The notes: generated from the letters alone by a model not told the origin. A stretch of 64,000 nt of DNA from Epithemia pelagica (GCA_946965045.2 OX337230.1:3782001-3846000), one strand, 5' to 3'. Positions 10,701 through 21,031 are shown, counted from the stretch's first letter. Numbers and translations: made by a program.

Positions 10701-11710
10701 ACACTGGTATGGTCTACAACAAGACTTTTGGTCCGCGATCGACGAGTTCAGAGCCTATGACATCCATGCCTATGATACCCCAAGTGTGTCTACCGAAATT
10801 TGGAGCGATTCAAGTTATAGAAGGGTGTCTTTGCTCCATGTCCATGGTAATTTGGTACAACGACAACGCAAGACCGGTATGGTCTACAACAAGACTTTTG
10901 GTCCGCTATAGACGAGTTCAGAGCCTATGACGTCCATGCCTATGATACCCTAAGTGTCTCTACCAATATTTGGAGCGATTCAAGTTATAGAAGGGTGTCT
11001 TTGCTCCATGTCCATGGAAGTTTGGGACATCGACAACGCAAGACCGGTATGGTCTACAACAAGACTTTTGGTCCGCGATGGACGAGTTCAGAGCCTATGA
11101 CATCCATGCCTATGATACCCCAAGTGTCTCTACCAATATTTGGAGCGATTCAAGTTATAGAAGGGTGTCTTTGCTTCATGTCCATGGAAGTTTGGGACAT
11201 CGACAACACGACACCGGTATGGTCTACAACAAGACTTTTGGTCTGTGATACACGAGTTCAGAGCTGTCCATGCCTATGATACCCTAAGTGTCTCTACCAA
11301 TATTTGGAGCGATTCAGGTTATAGAAGGGTGTCTTTGCTCCATGTCCATGGAAGTTTGGGACATTGATAACGCGACATTGGTAAAGTCTATAACAAGACT
11401 TTTGGTCCATGTTAGACGAGTTCAGAGCCTATGACGTCCATTCCTGTGATACCCCAAGTGTCTCTACCAAAATTTGGAGTGATTCAAGTTATAGAAGGGT
11501 GTCTTTGCTCCATGTCCATGGATGTTTGGGACATCGACAACACGACACCGGTATGGTCTACAACAAGACTTTTGGTCTGCGATACACGAGTAACGAGTCT
11601 ATGACGTCCATTCCTACGATACCCCAAGTGACTCTACCGAAATTTAGAGCGATTCAAGTTATAGAAGGGTGTCTTTGCTCCATGTCCATGGAAGTTTGGG
11701 TCATCGACGT
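7730..11710. repeat. Tandem satellite, 170-bp unit, about 23 copies, with a 1186-bp higher-order repeat
   Basis: TTCAGAGCCTATGAC (or a close variant) at 8881, 9051, 9221, 9391, 9561, 9731, 9901. The block starting at 9391 recurs at 10577. Left-most copies are diverged. Confidence 0.95.
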
Positions 11711-11719
11711 CTGTTTAAT

Positions 11720-12991
11720 TTAAGTCGCGGTATTCTCTTTGAGGTTCATGATGGCTTGGAAACAGTATCGGAATAACACCATGTAATTGAAAAAGGGACC
11801 GAAGCAGGTTGATACCAACCATTTTGTCCACTCGACCTCTGTTCCCATGTGTATGAAGGGGCTAGAGAATTGTGATGATTCGTTGGGGTACCGGAGGTCC
11901 TTGTACATCTGTTGAACTGCTTTGACTATGACTACCTGTGTGTATCGGGGTATCCCTCCTACCCCAGAAGTCAAGTCAGGCCTGTATTGATTCAAGAGTA
12001 AGGCTCTTCGAACGATCATACAGAAACGCCATATGAAATATTTATTGTTGGACTTCCAACAGACCCGAATACTGACACATTCTCCATTTGAATTGCATGG
12101 TCGGAGGCAACCCTTACATACGATTGGAATATAAGTACATGTGCGATCCACAAGTTTATCATGGAGTTTCCCATCGTGGTCGAAAATGCATTGCCGGCAT
12201 TTGTATTCATTGCCACCTGTTTCGCATACATCACAATGTACCCCACAACCGTAACAATGGTCACGGCAACGGTGAGTAGTACCAAAAGGATGCCAGAATT
12301 TTCCTGTTAAATACCGATCGGTTGTTGGGTTATCTTGAAACAAACAAACTGGACAAATGGCATCTGCTATATTCTCTGTAGAACCCAATACCTCGTTGGC
12401 AAGTCTGGTGAACTTAACCACTTCAGGGTGAAAGTCTGCATCTCGGTCACCAACTCGATCAGAATAACTCGGTGATTCTGGAGCCAATGGTATTGTCTTA
12501 AATTTCGCAGTGACCACAGAGGGGTCAATGATACGGCTTTTGACCGCATATGGATTGCGAATGACCGTTTTCTTGGGATTAGTTTGAGGAACGATAGTTG
12601 TATCGGGAATGGATGGTGGTACAACAACGTTACCAGGAGTCCCTGTTTTCTTTGGCTGTTCTGTTTTCTCGTGATGCCCTTCGATGGATATACCTGGTTC
12701 AGGAGAGCTGTCATCTACTACTCGTGGTACCAATTCGCCGACGTGGTTGCTGTTGTTATTTTTGTGATGTCCTTTATTCTCTTTCTGGAATTTCTCTTCT
12801 CTCAATTGAAATAAATCCTCGAGAAATGTGATGTCGCCGTCATTTTGGAACTGGGTTTCTTCTGGATGAAGATTGTTTCCACGGCTTTCACTAAGTACCC
12901 CCTTGTTTTGTGGTTTGGTACTTTGTGATTTTCGGCGTTTGTTGTATGGGTTCGTCATGGTGCGTGTTTTTTTGTATGGATTGCTCAACAT
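11720..12991 (-). CDS. Uncharacterised 423-aa protein with Cys/His-rich zinc-binding cluster
   Basis: CPVC...HRCRDHCYGCGVHCDVC...CRQC...CKGC cluster. C-terminal FIWRFCMIVRRA...WTKWLVS...FFNYMVLFRYCF is shared with 6691-7566. Confidence 0.65.
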   Translation of the reverse strand: MLSNPYKKTRTMTNPYNKRRKSQSTKPQNKGVLSESRGNNLHPEETQFQNDGDITFLEDLFQLREEKFQKENKGHHKNNNSNHVGELVPRVVDDSSPEPGISIEGHHEKTEQPKKTGTPGNVVVPPSIPDTTIVPQTNPKKTVIRNPYAVKSRIIDPSVVTAKFKTIPLAPESPSYSDRVGDRDADFHPEVVKFTRLANEVLGSTENIADAICPVCLFQDNPTTDRYLTGKFWHPFGTTHRCRDHCYGCGVHCDVCETGGNEYKCRQCIFDHDGKLHDKLVDRTCTYIPIVCKGCLRPCNSNGECVSIRVCWKSNNKYFIWRFCMIVRRALLLNQYRPDLTSGVGGIPRYTQVVIVKAVQQMYKDLRYPNESSQFSSPFIHMGTEVEWTKWLVSTCFGPFFNYMVLFRYCFQAIMNLKENTAT

Positions 12992-13324
12992 TGCGTAAGC
13001 CAGAGAGTTTTATCTCACCGCTTGTGTAAAAATGATTACTTGATGATCAAACAGAATGAACCTATCACATTCAAGAAAAAGAAGAGACGAGCCTTCTACT
13101 AAGATGTGTTTGTTTTTTTTATGAAGAATAATGGGTCGGCTGCCGTTTGTGGATACCACATGGACATCTATCTCATACTATCCCTCATCACGTGTCACTC
13201 TTTTTAATAAACGGAGTACCACTCCGACATGTTGGGGAGTATATTATTGGGACCACTTCTCTGAAATAAATATTACGGATACCACTCGGACATCCCCCAT
13301 GACCTTTGTTGGTGGTTGGAAACA

Positions 13325-13359
13325 CCCCCCCCCCCCCCACCCCCACCCCCACCCCCCCC
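13325..13359 (-). other. C-run tract (G-quadruplex-capable on the minus strand)
   Basis: CCCCCCCCCCCCCCACCCCCACCCCCACCCCCCCC, just 3' of the transposase stop codon. Confidence 0.6.
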
Positions 13360-13394
13360 TTATTGGTTATACAGAACGACTTTCACTGACACCT

Positions 13395-16300
13395 TCATGA
13401 TCCAGCAGTGTTACGATCTGTTGTTGTTGTTTGTGAAGGATCTGACGATGATGTATATCTTGCTCTCAACGAATCACTTGCTGAGTCATTGAACTCATTG
13501 GCCCATTTACTGGCAGGAAGTACCTCCCATACAATATCGGAATAGTTCCTGTGATTCCGAGTATATTCAAGCAATATTTCTCTTTCCGCATCGGAATGCA
13601 GGTATTCCGGTACCTTATCTCGGTGTTGGATCATTTCTGGGTTTTCATCGATCACTCCTACCAATTCAACTATATTGGTGATAGGAACCAATACAAGATC
13701 GGGGACACGGGAATTCCGGGTAAAGGCCTTGCTCCATCGAATGAAAAGGACGGAGGACTTCTCTTTATCCTTGTCACTACGACGATAAGTGGTTCGTAGT
13801 AAAGCATGTGTGACATCTCTCGGTTTTTCTTGGTGGATTCTTGATGTACGAGCATCATTTCCCTGTTCTTGCATGTGACCAGCACTTTCCCGTTGTTCCC
13901 ATGGTCTGCGTATGAAGCATAAAACCTGACAGAGTACCAAGATATTGTCTGTTCCCTGATTACCTGTTGCAGTGTCAGTGAATGGTGTTCGTTGGTGTCG
14001 TGGGATCCATGCTTTCACCCAGTCTCTCCAAGGACCCTCACTTTGGTAATTAGGATGACATCGGATACCACCTATGTTTTCGTCCCTGAATTTGACCTCT
14101 GTACACCCATGGATCATGATGTAATCACTTGTGTCATTCTGTTGTATAATATTCATTTGTGTGAAGAGTGCACTTGCATGTTTCACCAGGAAGTCAAGGA
14201 TTACTTTTGGGAGGATCATACCGGTATTTGTTTTCGAAATATACTTGTAAGTACACTTGACCACGGGGCTCTCTGTCCGTCCAGATCTGACCAATTGGAT
14301 TTGTATTGTTGTCCCTCGCCCCTTGAATTTACATCTATCTTCTTCATCGTCCTCGTCATCATTCTCATGACTATGATACACTTGACTTCTTTTTTTCCTT
14401 GCCACAATGGTTGGAGATTGACCATTTTTTAGTAGCTCCACGTCATCTTGTTTGATCCCTGATGCTTTACAGAGCAGATCCCATGCCTGCATCTGCCATA
14501 TGTTATCACCAAGTTGACTGTCGAAGACACCCTTACCCCGCTTTTGTACTGTTTTGGCATTCAGTTTGACAATTTCTTTGTGGTTACTCTCCTCTGATTC
14601 AGTGTCGGATATTTTAACTGGGCCGAAATTGGACACCTGTCGAACTATATGTACCAAGTTGTGGTATTTTGGGATCATCCAACCATTGCACATCAGTTTC
14701 CCTTTTTTATCCAATCGTGGTGCATACCGCCGTATACCATCCATCATTATCTTGACAGATTCAACTGATCGTCGCGCTGTTTCCTTCGCGGCAGGAGAAC
14801 GTGGGTCGCTATCCCAAAATCTATCCATCCTTGTCCAGCTGTTGAAACAGAGTATTGTCTCAAACAGGAAGAGGAAATCTAGATATGGTTCCCGCTCACC
14901 TTCATCCCAGATCGATGCATATGCCACAGGGTCATCGTCGAATACTGTTTCGCTCGTAACCTGTACCTCAATGTCAGGTTCACAATATTGGTAATCTTCA
15001 TTTTCCTGTACATGAACGGGCAGATTGTCGTTGATATTTGTGGTTAGTTCTTCGTTACTATCATCCACAGGTGAGTCATTCTCATCCGAATCGGATGAAG
15101 CATCAGCGATACTGTGGTGTACAACCGGGTTTTTTTTCGATTGTCGTTGACGTTTATTGTTGGTAGAGGATACGTTGTTTTGTCCAGCGCCCATTCGTTG
15201 TCGTTTTTTCTTTTTTTTTTCTAATTCATTTTTCTTTCTCTTCCGTTCTTTCTCTTCTTCCTTTTTCTTTCGTCTCTCTTCTTCTTCTTTGCACCATTGT
15301 TTCCACTCTGCAACTACTTTTTTCCATTTCTCCGCCATAGTCGAAGCGAAAATAAGATGACCACGAACAGAAACACACAAAGCGGCTGAGACAAACATAA
15401 TACCAACCCATTCATTGGCTGTTACCTTTGTAACATTACTGATACCTGCAGAGAAGGATGTTCTGGGGTACCCCCAACTAGAAGAATAAGAGAATACCGA
15501 CCGCCGGTTGGCTCGGAAGAAAGAGCTGTACAAGAAATCAAACATGGCTTTTTCTCTCATTGTCATCAGAGCAAAGAAATCAGTCATGATATATTTCATG
15601 ATCCCCGATTTCAAAGTATGTAATACATCACAACATGCCGCGGTAAAAATCCCATATGTTTTATTAACACCCTCACCCAAATACAAATGGTTGTAGATGT
15701 TGTTCACTGGGTATTGTCCAATCTGATGTAAAATTTTCTTGGAATTGTTCACAGGTTCTCTCCAAGGATCCTCTACCGGATCATCTATACCGGGTTGTCC
15801 AGAATCGATAACTATTGGGTTTCCTGGTGGTTTATCTAAACCAAGCACACGGAGGCTTCTGAAATGGATAGGGTTTTTGAAGAGGTAGTTGCATGTGGAC
15901 CATGGGTATCTAGACTCCCGAGGTGTGCAATCACACTGCCAAACAAGCCGGCCAACACTTTGATGATGAGATGCATATCTTCCTGCGATGTTATCTTGTG
16001 ACTTCGCATCTCCCTTTATCATGATCACGGGTAATACTAATCTCACCACCTTCTCGATCCCATGGATCCGTAATCGCATCCACAATCCACCTCGATTCTG
16101 TATCTTCAAAAGAGCTTGGTGTATTCGCGAGAGCTGTGCATGATAATTCCGACAGGGGGACCCCCTATCCAAGATGTATTTGGCCGCAGATGACTTCCGT
16201 TCCATATCTGTGATCAACCCTAAGATGATTTGTCTATTCGGTTTTCGCATTTCAGACATCGTCAAAAATGAAGGTACCATAACAACTGGTTCCGCATTAA

Positions 16301-17525
16301 AGCGACCATCCCCTGTCGCGTGTGTCTTATCCATATAAGACAATAAACCAACAACGAAAGTATCGTTGTCATGTCTGTATTTCCGTACGGTACGTTGGAA
16401 AACATGGCCATCTTGTATGTTTTCGAGACATTTATTCGGTGTATAAGGGCGATACGGGTCGTCGTCACATAATATTGTTTTATCCTTGGAAGTGGCTTCA
16501 GGATCTTGCAAGACACGTCGAAGTTGATGCACAAAATCAAATATAACGGTATCAACAGACTTCTCACTGTCTGGAACGATTATATCCTTTTTGGTTGTAA
16601 CTTCCATTGGGACGGTGACAATCTTTGGTTTGGGGAAATCGAAACCTCTTTTTTCGAATTTCGCCATGAATCCCTTTCGCCGTGGATGTTTTTTATTGAA
16701 AAAACGTGAGCCACAACACTCGTTGGTATAATCAATCCATGCCAAAATGGCATCGAACATGAACTTCGGACACCCAGCATTCCGGAGGAGTATGGCCAAC
16801 CTCAATAAAGCCTTGTCATCTTCGGAAAATCGGAGACCATTTTGTTCAAGATACACTGGAAATTCCAAAGGATTGTCTTTTGAGTTTTCATCGATAACAT
16901 GGTCATCACTGGATGAACCTTTGCCTTGGACATCCTCATTGTCATCGACTGTTTGTTGGAGCCCATCATCATGATCTGCTGGTGGTCCCTCTTCTTGGTC
17001 CTCATCTGATTCTTCCTCATTCTCAGATGACAGCAAGGAATGAGCAATATTTGTACTATTCCGACATGGCTGTCTCACGATGGGTTGTTTTTGTGTAGTG
17101 GGTTGCAGATCCTCTCTTTCCTCATCTTCTCGATCGTCCGCCCAGGGTATCCCTACAGCACCATCGTCGGTTCCTCCATTTTCTGAAATCCCTACAGCAC
17201 TATCATCGGTTCCTTCATTTTCTAAATGATTTCCCTGATCTTTATCATGAGAGGTATTGTTCTCGACACCAGCAGTTTCGTGGCATATCACGGACGATTC
17301 GTGCTCCAATGCATGTGAGACCAAAGTGCCGTTTTCTCTTTTGGTGCTACAAACCCTTTCATGTTGGAAGATCCCGGAGACGTGGAATAATACATGACAA
17401 TTTCTACATTTACGACATGGAAGAATGGAACCACCTGTACTCGCATTTGGATCTTCGCCTACCCATTGATCTTTGATGACGGAAGGTTTATTTCTTAAAT
17501 ACCTTGGTTTACAAGGACGGCCCAT
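13395..17525 (-). CDS. Plavaka-type transposase (1376 aa)
   Basis: N-terminal zinc finger (CRNC...HERVC). Family motifs: LLSYMDKTH, EPVVM, YHAQL, PVIMIKGDAKSQDNIAGRY...CDC, CDVLHTLKSG, PKYHNLVHIVRQVSNFGP, DTESEESNHKEIVK. Confidence 0.8.
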   Translation of the reverse strand: MGRPCKPRYLRNKPSVIKDQWVGEDPNASTGGSILPCRKCRNCHVLFHVSGIFQHERVCSTKRENGTLVSHALEHESSVICHETAGVENNTSHDKDQGNHLENEGTDDSAVGISENGGTDDGAVGIPWADDREDEEREDLQPTTQKQPIVRQPCRNSTNIAHSLLSSENEEESDEDQEEGPPADHDDGLQQTVDDNEDVQGKGSSSDDHVIDENSKDNPLEFPVYLEQNGLRFSEDDKALLRLAILLRNAGCPKFMFDAILAWIDYTNECCGSRFFNKKHPRRKGFMAKFEKRGFDFPKPKIVTVPMEVTTKKDIIVPDSEKSVDTVIFDFVHQLRRVLQDPEATSKDKTILCDDDPYRPYTPNKCLENIQDGHVFQRTVRKYRHDNDTFVVGLLSYMDKTHATGDGRFNAEPVVMVPSFLTMSEMRKPNRQIILGLITDMERKSSAAKYILDRGSPCRNYHAQLSRIHQALLKIQNRGGLWMRLRIHGIEKVVRLVLPVIMIKGDAKSQDNIAGRYASHHQSVGRLVWQCDCTPRESRYPWSTCNYLFKNPIHFRSLRVLGLDKPPGNPIVIDSGQPGIDDPVEDPWREPVNNSKKILHQIGQYPVNNIYNHLYLGEGVNKTYGIFTAACCDVLHTLKSGIMKYIMTDFFALMTMREKAMFDFLYSSFFRANRRSVFSYSSSWGYPRTSFSAGISNVTKVTANEWVGIMFVSAALCVSVRGHLIFASTMAEKWKKVVAEWKQWCKEEEERRKKKEEEKERKRKKNELEKKKKKRQRMGAGQNNVSSTNNKRQRQSKKNPVVHHSIADASSDSDENDSPVDDSNEELTTNINDNLPVHVQENEDYQYCEPDIEVQVTSETVFDDDPVAYASIWDEGEREPYLDFLFLFETILCFNSWTRMDRFWDSDPRSPAAKETARRSVESVKIMMDGIRRYAPRLDKKGKLMCNGWMIPKYHNLVHIVRQVSNFGPVKISDTESEESNHKEIVKLNAKTVQKRGKGVFDSQLGDNIWQMQAWDLLCKASGIKQDDVELLKNGQSPTIVARKKRSQVYHSHENDDEDDEEDRCKFKGRGTTIQIQLVRSGRTESPVVKCTYKYISKTNTGMILPKVILDFLVKHASALFTQMNIIQQNDTSDYIMIHGCTEVKFRDENIGGIRCHPNYQSEGPWRDWVKAWIPRHQRTPFTDTATGNQGTDNILVLCQVLCFIRRPWEQRESAGHMQEQGNDARTSRIHQEKPRDVTHALLRTTYRRSDKDKEKSSVLFIRWSKAFTRNSRVPDLVLVPITNIVELVGVIDENPEMIQHRDKVPEYLHSDAEREILLEYTRNHRNYSDIVWEVLPASKWANEFNDSASDSLRARYTSSSDPSQTTTTDRNTAGS

Positions 17526-17959
17526 GGTATTGGTTTTGTGGTCCTTAGTCTTTGTGGAATGAGAATCATTGCTAATGTGACGACTGACACGAATGGTTTC
17601 GATTTTATGGTCGCCCGGCTCGCTTTTTCATTGGTTGTGGATGGATATGGTTTACCCCCACCCCCCCGCCCATCCACCCATACTATTCTACATAAACTAT
17701 GAGTCTATCGGTACATGGGATCGGAACGAACACAAATGCCCATGTGGCATTGGTCGTTTGAATGTATAATTGTCGCCTGTCGATTTGGTTCAATTCAAAA
17801 AAAACCGGGTGTACTCGGAACAAACTGCTCGACTTTTGAAAGTTGATAGTCGAAAGGTAAGACCTCAATGAAAACGGATTGGCATAACATTCTCCTCTTG
17901 TGGCACCCAAAACTCATTGCATTGTCAACACTTCTTATATCAGGTATACTCTTCTTGTC

Positions 17960-18877
17960 ATGTCGCCCCCTTCTGAAACAAACCAGGGGACCAAGAATAG
18001 AAAACAAGGAAGCCAACGCTGTGGTGATCCAAAGCAAGATAAAAAGGACAACCAAAACAGTAAGAATTCAGCGTTCCATGGTTTATCTGGTGGCAAAGAT
18101 GCTGGAGAAAGCAGTACCGATGATGAAACAGACGACGAAGAAATAACGATCAGAGATGTCAACAAGAAGAATAGCAATGATGACCGTAACCAAGAGGATT
18201 CAGGATCCGTATCTGAAAAGAGTCAGGTAATATTTCAGGAAAGAGGAGGACGGGGAGCTTCATCCAACGAATCCCAGGACCAAGGTAGTACCATGAGCTG
18301 TACAGGAACCCGTGGTGTTACTAATACAGGAGCACCTATGGAATCCGAACACAATACTGCTGTTATGAATGGAGTCGACCATGGTCAGCGAGTTCCTTAT
18401 AATGCGAATGGAGTTGCTCCATATCCGAATCATACCCATCCTTATCCTCACCAGCAACCAAATCCATCGGTGTTGTCATTTCTTCCTCAAGGGCAACAAC
18501 AACATCAGGTCCATACACAGTTCAATTATTCCCAAGCTCCTCTTGGGGGGCAACAACATCATCATTTCCCCGCGGCCTCATCATCTACGATTTATCCACA
18601 ACAAGGAACTGGTATTATGGTGCATCAAGGATACCCACAACAGCAGATGATGTCTGTCCCATACCCACCCAATGGGGGCGTTCTGATGCAAGGAGGCGCT
18701 GGTGTTCACCAACCACAGCAAACACATCACCATACGGATACAAATAATATTGAGTGCGCAGCTAATGACAATGGTGGTGTGACTGTAATGTCGCACCAAG
18801 ATGTTGAAAATATTATGGAAGAGGTTATGGGTGGTGGTGGTGGTGGTGGCGGAGGAGTCAGTCGCGTTTGTAAGTAA
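17960..18877 (+). CDS. Low-complexity Q/P/H-rich protein, divergent from the transposase
   Basis: ORF of about 305 codons from ATG 17960; no recognisable domain. Confidence 0.45.
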   Translation: MSPPSETNQGTKNRKQGSQRCGDPKQDKKDNQNSKNSAFHGLSGGKDAGESSTDDETDDEEITIRDVNKKNSNDDRNQEDSGSVSEKSQVIFQERGGRGASSNESQDQGSTMSCTGTRGVTNTGAPMESEHNTAVMNGVDHGQRVPYNANGVAPYPNHTHPYPHQQPNPSVLSFLPQGQQQHQVHTQFNYSQAPLGGQQHHHFPAASSSTIYPQQGTGIMVHQGYPQQQMMSVPYPPNGGVLMQGGAGVHQPQQTHHHTDTNNIECAANDNGGVTVMSHQDVENIMEEVMGGGGGGGGGVSRVCK

Positions 18878-18993
18878 GGTGTACTTCCTTTGTTTTGTTT
18901 GTGCCCTATCGGTATTGACTGGTTAGAGTGGAACTCTAATCTGGGTTGATGTGGGTTTGGAAATGTACAATCGAAAAAGATGTGGACTTCTGG

Positions 18994-20287
18994 ATGGATG
19001 ATGTTTCCTCACTTTCTGATCTCTCTTGGTCGTCATCATCTCTTGTAGCCATGGAAGTCGGAGGCGATAGCTCAATGGTTGCATCATCTATCTATGGTAC
19101 TAGTGATGGTCAGAGTTCTGGGGCTAATGCAACGTCTGGTGAGAGGGAAAGAAGGAGAGAATACAAGAGGGAAAGAAAGAGAGAACAGCAAAGAAAGAGC
19201 AGGAGCAAATACAAGGATCTACCCTTAGCTTGTCGTACGGATGAGTTCCAGACTTTTGTGCCTGATGTTGCTTGGAGGTACGTGAAGTATTTCTCATTTG
19301 CCGATGATTGTGATGCAGATGATAATGGATTATGGCATTTGGGGAAGGATCACTTCAAGGCGTATTTCGAACGAGAAAAGATTATTGGTGATGTGGCTAA
19401 GGCAAAGTGGTGGGAAAGGTATTCCCCCCATTTGAGGAAAGAATTCAGACGCAAGAGATCAAATGTTCTACAATCGCTAAGGTTCAGGTTCATGAGTAAG
19501 TTGGTACTGTCTTGGTGCTATCTTGTTCTCATTCTTGTGGAAAGTTTTGCTCTAACATGAGCCTTCCTGCCTGGCAGAACATTTCTCGTTAAATCTATGG
19601 AGAACACATGGTGGTGGAATTGTTCGGCGACAATTCCCTAAGTTATTGGTTGACGATGAAAATCTAGGTCCTATGCCAAGTCTTGAAGAGATGATGCAAA
19701 TGAGAGGAGTGAATGGAGACAATGATGCTTATGTTTTCATGTTTGAAGTATTTGGGGGGTCGGTTTATGGAGATGGAATGGTGAGAGATATCATTAATCA
19801 AGATATTACAGTTAATACACCAGAAGCACAAAAGCAAGCAATATGGAAGGAAGCGATGAGTAAGTTTACTACGAGTGATGAAGCTTTCATTCTCTTGGCT
19901 CTTGAAGATTCATGGGATGCATGGGCTCTGAGGAGCAGACAAGAGTTCAAACAAAAGTTGTACAAAGAAGACCCTGCTTGGTGTCAAGCGCACCAAATTA
20001 ATGAGGACATTGATACAGATGGAGTAGAACAATACAAGTATTCAGGTTGTGCAAACAAAAAGGGACGTGGTATGAGTGATATTGGCCTTGATCGTCTTGA
20101 TAAATTGCAGCAGAAGGTGAGGGATGATCGAGAATATGTATCAGTTGATGGACTGTTTCAGAGACAAAATGTGTTCATGGAGAATCTTCTTAAGAAACAT
20201 CGGGAGAGGATGGGATATGTGGACAGTGCTGATCAAGATCAACCGCAGCAGAAAAAGCGGAGGAAGCACGGACTCTGGTTTTTTTAA
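18994..20287 (+). CDS. Two-exon uncharacterised protein (exons 18994-19495 and 19578-20287, 403 aa)
   Basis: A GTAAGT...GGCAG intron (19496-19577) joins two ORFs in frame (FRFM-K-HFSLNLW...KLLVDDEN). Motifs: RKEFRRKRS, TSDEAFILLALEDSWDAW, KYSG...GMS..GLDRL..L...V..DR. Confidence 0.7.
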
Positions 20288-20376
20288 ATAGTATCTCTTC
20301 ATTAGCTTCTGTGCATGTTTTCACATTCTTCTGTGGATGGTATCGATTGTGTTGTGAAATGAGTTACCATAAGTGT

Positions 20377-20570
20377 GTGGCTTCTGCTGGTGCTTTTGGA
20401 GTCTGAGATGCAAAAGGTGGGTGGCTTCTGCCGGTGCTTACGGTGCCTGAGATGCAAAAGGTGGGTGGCTTCTGCCAGTGCTTTCGGAGCATGGGATGCT
20501 AATGGTGTGTGGCTTCCGCTGGTGCTTTCGGAGCATGGGATGCAAAAGGTGAGTGGCTTCCGCTGGTGTC
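20377..20570. repeat. Minisatellite, 44-bp unit, about 4.4 copies
   Basis: GTGGCTTC(T/C)GC... at 20377, 20421, 20465, 20509, 20553. Confidence 0.9.
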
Positions 20571-20925
20571 ATTGGAGAATGGGATAGGAGAGATTGGGGG
20601 TTTGCCCTTGTGTTATTGCACCTGTGGAGAGGGTGTATAGATGCCTTGTTCCGATGAGGTTGGTACTTTGTGTTCAGAGTGTTTTGGACGTGGAGGGCAA
20701 GGTCAGTGTGCTTAGAAGGTAAGTTCTCTGTGCGTGGAAGATGGGAGTGTGCGTGCGTGGAAGATAGGGTCGCCGTGAATGTGTATGATGTTGTATGTGC
20801 GTGATGGTGGGGGGGATTAGTCAAAATGGTGTAAATCCGTATAAAAAAACCGGGTACGAAAAATGGCGCATGCCGACGGCGCGTATGGGGTGTGCGTTTT
20901 GGGGGCGCGTGACGCTGCCCTTAGA

Positions 20926-21031
20926 CGTGGAGGATTGTTGTATCGGTTGGTGATTCGATTGTCGGCTCAGCGAGCCTTTTACCTATCCTACCTATCTGTC
21001 TAACCCCTGTTGAATCGAGAGAAGTTTATCA
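20926..21031 (+). repeat. Truncated 5' LTR (last 106 bp only)
   Basis: Matches 28467-28572 except for one base (GAATCGAG vs GAATTGAG) and ends TTTATCA. Confidence 0.92.

Noticed and set aside
8673-11723. Many short ORFs in the 170-bp array read as a repeat protein
   Set aside because: 170 is not a multiple of 3, frames shift every unit, and stops recur at the same position.
18870-18945. Intron joining the Q/P-rich ORF to the downstream spliced gene
   Set aside because: The GT donors at 18870 and 18874 with the AG acceptors at 18926 and 18928 do not give an open frame into the next ORF (TAA at 18937 in its frame).
1096-20925. Endogenous giant-virus or virophage segment
   Set aside because: No capsid, packaging ATPase, polymerase or other viral hallmark gene recognised; a Plavaka transposase is present instead.
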